From: Chthoniobacterales bacterium
Lineage (GTDB): Bacteria > Verrucomicrobiota > Verrucomicrobiia > Chthoniobacterales > UBA10450
NCBI GenBank assembly: GCA_965218705.1
Contig: OZ244652.1
Span: 192,327 to 256,326 of the forward strand
Direction: 5' to 3'
Length of the DNA: 64,000 nt
The notes under the pieces were generated by a model. That model was not told where the DNA came from, did no database searches, and was given only the letters and a program-made list of their open reading frames with translations. Within the stretch, counting starts at the first letter, position 1, and every line of letters begins with the position of its first letter. Shown here piece by piece: positions 57,250-64,000 of this stretch. Made by a program: the position numbers and the translations under genes.

Positions 57250-59667
57250 GTGCGAGCCGTCGACGCGACCTCTAATGTCTTGGACGTGGCTAAACGAAAG
57301 GTAAAACCAACCCGCGGGTCAGATTGGCGGCAAGCCCCGGCCACAACAGGTAGAAAGCGTTCGTTTGAGCGCAGCTGGAAGGTTCCTGCGATTTATCTGG
57401 AATTAGTGGCGCTTACCTGGTTTGTGTTTGGCCGGACAGTTGGCTTTGGATTTTTTAATTACGACGACAGCTTCTATGTCTATCAAAATCACTACGTCAG
57501 CGATGGTTTGACGCGGGCTGGTTTCGTTAGGGCCTTTACGGACCCCTTGGTGGGAAACTGGCACCCCCTGACTTCTCTGTCTCTTATGCTTGATGCCCAG
57601 CTCTATGGGCTCAACCCTGGCGGGTATCACTTCGGAAACGTTTTATTTCATACCATCGCGGTCCTTCTGCTCTTCTTCGTTTTGCGAGCGATGACTGGTG
57701 CAATCTGGCGTAGCGCTATGGTGGCGGCCCTTTTCGCTATTCATCCTTTACGGGCAGAATCCGTGGTTTGGATTTCCGAACGCAAGGATGTGCTGAGCGC
57801 GGTTTTCTTCCTTCTGGGAGTAGGCGCTTATGGTCGATACTGCCGAAAGCCCGGCTGGACACGGTATCTGGTAGTTCTTGTCACGCTCACCCTGTGCCTC
57901 ATGTCCAAGGCGATGCTGGTAACCTTCCCGTTCCTGCTCCTGGTTTTAGATTACTGGCCCTTAAATCGTTTCTCTTTTTCACCGCGTCATAGCAGTGACG
58001 ACGAAGGGCAACCAAGGCGGACCGTGGGCCGGCTGGTGGCAGAAAAACTTCCACTACTTCTGCCGGTGATTGGCATTTCCCTGGCTACGCTCTGGGCACA
58101 GGGGCCGGCGATCGACGCCGCGCACAATTGGCCTCTCAGTTGGCGAGTTAGTAACGCTTTAGTCACTGTTTGGGTCTATCTCCGCCAAATGGTGTGGCCA
58201 AATCACCTGGCGGTGTTCTACCCGCATCCGCATGGAAGTCTGCCGCTCTGGCTGGTCGCGCTGGCCTTTCTCGCGCTCCTGGCGGTGTCGCTGGGAGCTT
58301 TCCTCTGGCGCCGGCGCTTTCCCTATCTGGTGACCGGATGGCTTTGGTACCTCGGGATGCTGGTGCCGGTGATCGGTTTGTTACAGGTCGGCTGGCAGGC
58401 GCACGCCGATCGCTACACTTATCTGCCGCTAATTGGAATCTATCTCGTAATCGTGTGGGGGGTCGCCGATCTGACCGCAGGTTGGCGCCGGCGTGGTGAG
58501 CTGCTGGTTGGATCGTCCGTCCTTGTGATCGTGACGCTCATGACTCTCTCCTGGCGGCAGGTTGGTTACTGGTCAGATACGGTCCGCCTTTGGTCGCATG
58601 CCCTGGCGGTCACGGAAAATAACGATGTGGCAGAGCGTGGGATCGGGACCGCTTTGTTAAGCCTGGGTCATGTCGACGAGGCGATCGCGCACGATCGTAA
58701 GGCCCTTCGCATCCGGCCCGGGGACGCCAATGCTTTGACCAATCTCGCCAACGCGCTCCTGCGCAAGAACGATTATCCCGAGGCCATCGAGTATTATCGC
58801 ACCGTTCTGAAGGCTCGGCCTAACGATGCCGAGATGCATCGCAACCTCGGGAAAGCGCTCTACCAAAGTGGCGCCGCGGATGAGGCCATGACTCAATTTC
58901 GCGAAGTCCTCAGGATTCACCCGACGGACTCCGATGCCGCCTACAGCTTGGGTAACGCCATGCTGGAGAAGGGTGAGGCGGAGGCCGCGATTCCTCATTT
59001 TCGTAAGGCAATCGCATCCGATCCCAAGAATATCGCAGCGCATTACAACCTTGGGATTGCGTTGCAGCGCATCGATCAGTTGGAAGAGGCCATGGCTGAG
59101 TTTCGGCAAACCCTGCAGCTCGATCCCAGGCATGTCGACGCCCATAATAATCTGGCCATCGCGCTGCTCAAGAAAGGCGAGTCGGCCGCGGCCATCGCAG
59201 AATGGCAAGCCGCCTTGCGGATCGAACCAGCCAACGCCGAGATGCATAATAATCTGGGCGTGGCGCTGCTGCGGGAGGGAAGAGCCGCTGAAGGCCTGCG
59301 GCAATGGCGCGAGACCTTGCGCCTGCAGCCCGGCAAACTGGGGACGCGCCTTAGCTTGAGCTGGATTCTTGCCACGGCGCCGGACGCTGGCGTCCGTGAT
59401 GGTCGGGCGGCGCTCGAATTTGCGCGCCAGGCTTTGCGCGCGGGCGCGGAGCCCAACCTGATGGCTTTTCGTGTGCTAGCCGCTGCGTCGGCTGAGACAG
59501 CGCAATTTCAAAATGCGATCAAAATCGCCACGGAAGGCGCGGAACGCGCCGAAGCGCAGGGAGCGTCGTCCTTGAACAATCTCCTGCAAGGCGATCTCGA
59601 GCTTTATCGGCAGAACATAGCGCTACGCGATCCGACCTACGGCGGGGTGGTCGTGGCCGCGCCCTAA
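57250..59667 (+). CDS. Membrane protein with a GT-C/TMTC-like N-terminal domain and C-terminal TPR repeats
   Basis: 805 aa with FNYDDSFYVYQNHYV after TM1, about 10 TM, then about 9 TPR units. GTG start. Confidence 0.75.
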   Translation: MRAVDATSNVLDVAKRKVKPTRGSDWRQAPATTGRKRSFERSWKVPAIYLELVALTWFVFGRTVGFGFFNYDDSFYVYQNHYVSDGLTRAGFVRAFTDPLVGNWHPLTSLSLMLDAQLYGLNPGGYHFGNVLFHTIAVLLLFFVLRAMTGAIWRSAMVAALFAIHPLRAESVVWISERKDVLSAVFFLLGVGAYGRYCRKPGWTRYLVVLVTLTLCLMSKAMLVTFPFLLLVLDYWPLNRFSFSPRHSSDDEGQPRRTVGRLVAEKLPLLLPVIGISLATLWAQGPAIDAAHNWPLSWRVSNALVTVWVYLRQMVWPNHLAVFYPHPHGSLPLWLVALAFLALLAVSLGAFLWRRRFPYLVTGWLWYLGMLVPVIGLLQVGWQAHADRYTYLPLIGIYLVIVWGVADLTAGWRRRGELLVGSSVLVIVTLMTLSWRQVGYWSDTVRLWSHALAVTENNDVAERGIGTALLSLGHVDEAIAHDRKALRIRPGDANALTNLANALLRKNDYPEAIEYYRTVLKARPNDAEMHRNLGKALYQSGAADEAMTQFREVLRIHPTDSDAAYSLGNAMLEKGEAEAAIPHFRKAIASDPKNIAAHYNLGIALQRIDQLEEAMAEFRQTLQLDPRHVDAHNNLAIALLKKGESAAAIAEWQAALRIEPANAEMHNNLGVALLREGRAAEGLRQWRETLRLQPGKLGTRLSLSWILATAPDAGVRDGRAALEFARQALRAGAEPNLMAFRVLAAASAETAQFQNAIKIATEGAERAEAQGASSLNNLLQGDLELYRQNIALRDPTYGGVVVAAP

Positions 59668-59802
59668 ATGTAGACGTTTCGCTCTGCGAAACGCGGGTGT
59701 GAGTCCGGCCATGGGAAGTGATCTTGCGGCATCGCTCACGCCCGCGTCTTCCAGAGGAAGACGTTTACAAGCATCACCCGCGCGCGAACGAACGTGAGTC
59801 GG
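59668..59802. repeat. REP/MITE-like inverted repeats (TGTAGACG..CGGGTGTGAG family)
   Basis: atgtagacgtttcgctctgcgaaacgcgggtgtgagtc (59668-59705) faces gctcacgcccgcgtcttccagaggaagacgtttaca (59734-59769). Confidence 0.7.
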
Positions 59803-59871
59803 GCCGTCCTTTAAAGCCAGTGACGCATTTGTATTTGTTATTCCGGTAGAATCTTTCGAAGCTGCAGCGCC

Positions 59872-60747
59872 ATGAGAAGCATGACCGGCTACGGACGCGG
59901 CGAGAGCGATCGCGACGGTGCGAAAATCAGCGTCGAAATCAACTCGGTGAATCGCAAGCAGAGCGACGTCGTCGTCAATCTGCCGCGAGAACTGAGCGCC
60001 CTGGAGCCGCGTGTTCGCCAGATCGTGAGCGAGCGAGTCGCGCGTGGACGCACCAACGTGGTGGTGTCTTATGACCCAGCCGCGCAAAACGCGCGGACCC
60101 TCGCCCTCGACACGGCGCTGGCCCGTTCTTACCACGACAACATGCGCGCGTTACAGAAGGAACTCGGAGTGGCGGGGGAGATTACCATCGGCATGATTTT
60201 GCAGGCTCCCGGCGTGATGCATTTTGCCGAGGACGGGCTTGCCCCTAACGATGCCTGGCCCGCTTTGCAGGAAGCTCTCAACCGGGCGCTCGAGGAATTG
60301 ATCAAGATGCGAGGCCGCGAGGGGAAACATCTGGCCAAAGATTTGATCGGCCGCCTCAAACTCCTGCGCAAAGCCCTTAAGGAGATCGGTAAACTGCACC
60401 CCGCCATGGCGGAGAAATATCGGGCCAGCCTGCTCGATCGCATTCACAAGGCTGGCCTCGAACTTGCCCCTAACGACGATCGCCTGATCAAGGAAGTCGC
60501 TTTTTTTGCCGATCGCTCCGATGTCTCGGAAGAGATCACCCGGCTGGAAAGTCATCTCTCGCAATTTGCGCATCACCTGCGCGGGGAAGAGCCGGTCGGG
60601 CGCACGCTCGAATTTATTACCCAGGAAATTTCACGGGAACTGAATACGCTAGGCGCGAAAGCTGGCGATGCGGAAATTTCGCGTCACGTCGTAGCCTGCA
60701 AGTCGGAGGTCGAGAAGATCCGCGAACAAATTCAAAATCTTGAATAA
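59872..60747 (+). CDS. yicC: YicC-family stress-induced protein
   Basis: MRSMTGYGRGE N-terminus and a C-terminal EEITRLESH...EFITQEISRELNT. Confidence 0.92.
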   Translation: MRSMTGYGRGESDRDGAKISVEINSVNRKQSDVVVNLPRELSALEPRVRQIVSERVARGRTNVVVSYDPAAQNARTLALDTALARSYHDNMRALQKELGVAGEITIGMILQAPGVMHFAEDGLAPNDAWPALQEALNRALEELIKMRGREGKHLAKDLIGRLKLLRKALKEIGKLHPAMAEKYRASLLDRIHKAGLELAPNDDRLIKEVAFFADRSDVSEEITRLESHLSQFAHHLRGEEPVGRTLEFITQEISRELNTLGAKAGDAEISRHVVACKSEVEKIREQIQNLE

Positions 60748-61351
60748 GGTCTTTAGTCGTTACGGCATCCTCTTCGTGGTTTCGGCGCCGTCCGGCGCGG
60801 GCAAGACAACGCTCTGCGATGCGCTCCGGCAGACATCCGATTTCGTTTATGCGGTCTCCTGCACCACCCGTCCGCCCCGCGCCGGGGAGATTGCGGACGA
60901 AGATTATCATTTCGTCTCCGCACCGGATTTCCTGGCTCGGGTCGAGGCGGGCGAGTTTCTGGAATACGCCGAGGTGCACGGCCAATATTACGGCACCTTG
61001 CGCGACCCTATTCTGAGTGATTTGCGCAAGGGCGTTGATGTCCTCATCGACATCGATACGCAGGGAGCCGGCGCCATTCGCGCCTATGACGATCCCTTTG
61101 TCCGGCAGGCGCTGGCCGATGTTTTTATCATGCCGCCTGATCTGGAGGAACTGCGCCGCCGCCTCACGAAGCGTGGGACCGAGACCTCGGCGCAGATCGA
61201 GTTACGTCTGCAGACTGCCGCCCGCGAAATGGAAAATTGGCGCGATTACCGCTATACCATTATCAGCCAGTCGATTGAGGAGGACTTGATGAAATTCCGC
61301 CAGATCATGGGGGCGGAACGCTACCTGAGCAGCCGCCTCATCATGGGATAA
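60740..61351 (+). CDS. gmk: Guanylate kinase
   Basis: P-loop SAPSGAGKTTL, plus TTR.PR.GE..G.DY.F and YYGT motifs. TTG start overlaps the yicC stop. Confidence 0.92.
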   Translation: MNKVFSRYGILFVVSAPSGAGKTTLCDALRQTSDFVYAVSCTTRPPRAGEIADEDYHFVSAPDFLARVEAGEFLEYAEVHGQYYGTLRDPILSDLRKGVDVLIDIDTQGAGAIRAYDDPFVRQALADVFIMPPDLEELRRRLTKRGTETSAQIELRLQTAAREMENWRDYRYTIISQSIEEDLMKFRQIMGAERYLSSRLIMG

Positions 61352-61403
61352 GCGATCAGGCCTCACGAAATGACGATTAACCAACAAGCAACGCTTCAAC
61401 CAT

Positions 61404-61509
61404 TTGTCATCCCGAGCGAAGCGAGGGATCTCGCAAACGGCGTTCGGTTTTTGTGTCAGCCTGTGCTCGGCTTGGCTTGCGAGGTTCTTCGCTGCGCTCA
61501 GGATGACAA
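61404..61509. repeat. Palindromic element (TTGTCATCC.GAGCG.AGCGA type arms)
   Basis: ttgtcatcccgagcgaagcgagggatctcgcaa (61404-61436) faces ttgcgaggttcttcgctgcgctcaggatgacaa (61477-61509). Confidence 0.7.
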
Positions 61510-61530
61510 GTTAAAGAAGACGCGCCGAAA

Positions 61531-62100
61531 ATGAGTTCGAAAAAACAACAGAACGTCGTTCTCGGAGTGACTGGCTCGATTGCCGCCTACAAAGCCGCGG
61601 AATTAACCAGCCTCCTCGTCAAACAAGGGCACGATGTCCACGTCGTCATGACGAAGGACGCGATCGAATTCATCACGCCCCTCACCTTACAAACGCTCTC
61701 CAAGAATGCGGTCACGACCAGTTTCTACGACGAGAAAGAGAGCTGGCATCCGGGCCACATCGCGCTGGCCGATCGCGCGAATCTCCTCCTCATCGCGCCC
61801 GCCACCGCGCACATCATCGCAGAGCTCGCGCAAGGGCTGGCCGGTCATCCCCTGGCCGCCATCGCGCTGGCCACTCGCGCGCCCATCTTACTGGCGCCAG
61901 CGATGAACGGGAAGATGTGGGAACATCCCGCCACGCAGGACAATGTGGCGACGTTAGGCACGCGTGGGGTCGAGTTCATCGGGCCCGAAGCCGGTTTGCT
62001 GGCCTGCGGCTACGAAGGTCTCGGCCGCCTCTGGAAAGTCGACGAGATCGCTTTCCGCGCGGAGTTTCTGCTCGCCCGCCAGGAAAATTTGATGACGTGA
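61531..62100 (+). CDS. coaC: Phosphopantothenoylcysteine decarboxylase (flavoprotein)
   Basis: VVLGVTGSIAAYKA and PAMN motifs; 189 aa. The stop overlaps the GTG of coaB. Confidence 0.88.
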   Translation: MSSKKQQNVVLGVTGSIAAYKAAELTSLLVKQGHDVHVVMTKDAIEFITPLTLQTLSKNAVTTSFYDEKESWHPGHIALADRANLLLIAPATAHIIAELAQGLAGHPLAAIALATRAPILLAPAMNGKMWEHPATQDNVATLGTRGVEFIGPEAGLLACGYEGLGRLWKVDEIAFRAEFLLARQENLMT

Positions 62101-62750
62101 AATTCGTCGTCACGGCCGGTCCCACCCGCGAGCCGCTCGACCCGGTCCGCTACCTGAGTAACCGCTCGTCGGGCAAAATGGGCTACGCCATCGCGGCGGC
62201 CGCCCTGGCCGCGGGCCACCACGCGACGCTCATCTCCGGGCCGGTCGCCTTGACCGCGCCGCCCGACGCCGAGTTGGTCCAGGTGACGACGAGCGACGAG
62301 ATGTTCGCCGCCGCCGCGTCGCATTTTAGGAACTGCGACGTCTTCGTCATGTGCGCAGCGGTTTGCGATTACAAACCGGTTGAGTATGCGCCGCAGAAAG
62401 TGCCCAAGCAGCGCGATCGATTTTCCCTCGCCTTGGAGCCGACGCGCGATCTGCTCGCTAGCCTAACGAGTGCTCCGCATGATTGTTTCGTGGTCGGCTT
62501 CGCCGCCGAAACCCAGGCTCTGCCCGAGAACGCGCGCCGTAAATTGAAGGAGAAAAATTGCGACCTGCTCGTGGCTAACGACGTTAGCCGAAGTGACGTC
62601 GGGATGGATTCTGACGAAAACGAGGTCGTTATTTTTAGTCGCGACGGTCGCGCGGAGAAGTTGCCGCGCGCGAAAAAAACGGAGCTGGCGCGCAGTTTGC
62701 TTAAAATAATTTTAGTCACGCGCGAAAATTGTTTGACAAAAAAAACATGA
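62097..62750 (+). CDS. coaB: Phosphopantothenate--cysteine ligase
   Basis: VTAGPTREPLDPVRYLSNRSSGKMG and AAVCDY motifs. GTG at 62097; the same frame also stays open upstream. Confidence 0.85.
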   Translation: MKFVVTAGPTREPLDPVRYLSNRSSGKMGYAIAAAALAAGHHATLISGPVALTAPPDAELVQVTTSDEMFAAAASHFRNCDVFVMCAAVCDYKPVEYAPQKVPKQRDRFSLALEPTRDLLASLTSAPHDCFVVGFAAETQALPENARRKLKEKNCDLLVANDVSRSDVGMDSDENEVVIFSRDGRAEKLPRAKKTELARSLLKIILVTRENCLTKKT

Positions 62751-62830
62751 CGATTAGTGACACGATGAAAGTGAAGTTATTCACAAACTGTTCACAGACC
62801 GCTTCTGCGGATTGAAAGGGGGGATTCCCT

Positions 62831-62929
62831 ATGCCAGCAAAGAAGAAAAAGGCTGCCGTCAAGAAAAAGGCACCCGCCAAGAAAAAGATGGCAACTAAGA
62901 AAAAAGCACCGGCCAAGAAAAAGAAATAA
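62831..62929 (+). CDS. Small lysine-rich basic protein (32 aa, histone H1-tail-like)
   Basis: MPAKKKKAAVKKKAPAKKKMATKKKAPAKKKK. A purine-rich aggggg sits about 9 nt upstream of the ATG and a canonical intrinsic terminator follows. Too short for the ORF track. Confidence 0.6.
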   Translation: MPAKKKKAAVKKKAPAKKKMATKKKAPAKKKK

Positions 62930-62987
62930 GGCCGACATCCACAGAAGGGCGGTGACAGAGCCGTTCTTCGTTCAAGTTAACTTTAAC

Positions 62988-63023
62988 CCGGGAGAAGGAT
63001 TCATTCTTCTCCCGGTTTTTTTT
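62988..63023 (+). terminator. Rho-independent terminator
   Basis: ccgggagaag (62988-62997) pairs with cttctcccgg (63006-63015), with an 8-nt loop and then T8 (63016-63023). Confidence 0.85.
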
Positions 63024-63069
63024 GCGAAAAATTTGGCGGCCTCGGTCTGGAATCAGGTAGCTTGGCACT

Positions 63070-63813
63070 GTGACAGACCATCTCAAAGTGGCTCAGGAAG
63101 CGGCCCGCGCGGCGGGTGATTTGCTCCGCATCCATTTCGCGCAACCGCGCGTCGTCAACGAAACGACGGCTCATGACATCAAACTCGAGGTCGATGTCCT
63201 CACCCAGGATCTGATCACGAAGATGCTGCTCGGCCGTTTTCCGGAGCACGCGCTTTACGGAGAGGAAGGAATCGTGGGAGACCAGTCGAGCGCACATCAA
63301 TGGGTGGTCGATCCGCTCGACGGAACGGTCAATTTCTTCTACGGCATTCCCCATTTTTGTGTTTCGATCGCGCTCCGGCTGCACCGAGAGGTCATCGTCG
63401 GAGTCATCTACGATCCCATCCGCGACGAGCTCTGGACCGGCGAGAAAGGGGAAGCGCCTTTGTTGAACGGGAAACCGTTTCGGGTAAGTCCGCGCCGCAC
63501 TTTGGCGGAAGCGGTCGTCTCCATTGGGCTGGCTAAAACGAGCGCGACGATCGAGGCGGGCTTGCCGTTGCTCGAACAAATGGCGCATCGCGTGCGCAAA
63601 TGTCGAATGTTAGGCAGCGCCGCGCTCGATATGGCTTACGTGGCCTGCGGCCGGCTCGACGCTTACATCGAACAGGGCATCAGCGTGTGGGACATCGCGG
63701 CTGGTTGGCTTTTGATCGAGTCCGCCGGCGGTCGCGTGGAAGTGGAGCCGCGCGCGGATATGCCGGATAAATTCCGGATCAAGGCCTCCAACGGCCTGCT
63801 CCAATTACCGTAG
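63070..63813 (+). CDS. suhB: Inositol monophosphatase family protein
   Basis: WVVDPLDGTVNF and WDIAAG motifs; GTG start. Confidence 0.9.
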   Translation: MTDHLKVAQEAARAAGDLLRIHFAQPRVVNETTAHDIKLEVDVLTQDLITKMLLGRFPEHALYGEEGIVGDQSSAHQWVVDPLDGTVNFFYGIPHFCVSIALRLHREVIVGVIYDPIRDELWTGEKGEAPLLNGKPFRVSPRRTLAEAVVSIGLAKTSATIEAGLPLLEQMAHRVRKCRMLGSAALDMAYVACGRLDAYIEQGISVWDIAAGWLLIESAGGRVEVEPRADMPDKFRIKASNGLLQLP

Positions 63814-63822
63814 CCTAACGAA

Positions 63823-64000
63823 ATGAATCGCTCCGGCATCGGTTACGACGCACATCGTTTTGCGGAGGGACGGAAACTCATCCTCGGCGGCGTCGAAATC
63901 GCGCATTCGCAGGGGCTCGAAGGACACTCCGACGCCGACGTGCTCAGTCATGCCATCGCCGACGCCTTGTTAGGGGCGATCGGGGAGCGCGATATCGGAC
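63823..64000 (+). CDS. ispF: 2-C-methyl-D-erythritol 2,4-cyclodiphosphate synthase (5' part, truncated by the window end)
   Basis: [50 protein letters not shown], the canonical IspF N-terminus. Confidence 0.9.
   Translation, partial: MNRSGIGYDAHRFAEGRKLILGGVEIAHSQGLEGHSDADVLSHAIADALLGAIGERDIG

Noticed and set aside
62716-62916. 66-aa minus-strand ORF (Phe/Leu/Ala-rich)
   Set aside because: It is the mirror image of the lysine-rich AAG/AAA repeat on the plus strand. The plus-strand mini-ORF has the ribosome-binding-like stretch and the terminator.

Overview
High-GC (roughly 60%) bacterial chromosomal segment, densely coding: about 60 CDS, one tRNA-Thr, no rRNA. Most genes are housekeeping or envelope functions: thyA, ppk, cls, nagA, gcvP, a threonine dehydratase, lpxD, rnhC, mutY, yicC, gmk, coaC/coaB, suhB and the start of ispF. 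Also present are a VKOR/DsbA pair, two two-component systems, an ECF sigma/anti-sigma/PDZ module, MATE and MFS transporters, an ABC-2 exporter and a GT2/GT-C/TPR glycosylation operon. I saw no transposase, integrase, prophage, CRISPR array or recognisable defence island. Several families of REP/MITE-like palindromic elements fill the intergenic spaces; this and the protein repertoire (dockerin-like tails, DUF4388) hint at a Verrucomicrobia/Planctomycetes-type organism, which is inference only. The main observations are these. (1) The 8-mer CCTAACGA (extended GCCTAACGA) occurs 45 times exactly by manual count, against an expectation of about 1-2. It lies in both orientations, in coding and intergenic DNA, and in every reading frame that avoids a stop codon, which resembles a DNA-uptake-sequence-like genomic signature. 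(2) Two divergent copies of a module made of a secreted ~330-aa protein plus a ~300-aa beta-barrel-like protein flank an ABC-2 exporter; none of the four could be assigned to a family. (3) A 21-nt poly-C tract sits inside a perfect 28-bp inverted repeat upstream of an MFS gene. (4) Several conserved genes carry single-base frameshifts at short homopolymers, which could be assembly error or recent decay. (5) Small gene remnants are present (Fic-like, SDR), one next to an AT-rich patch of phased repeats. All counts were made by eye and need computational confirmation.
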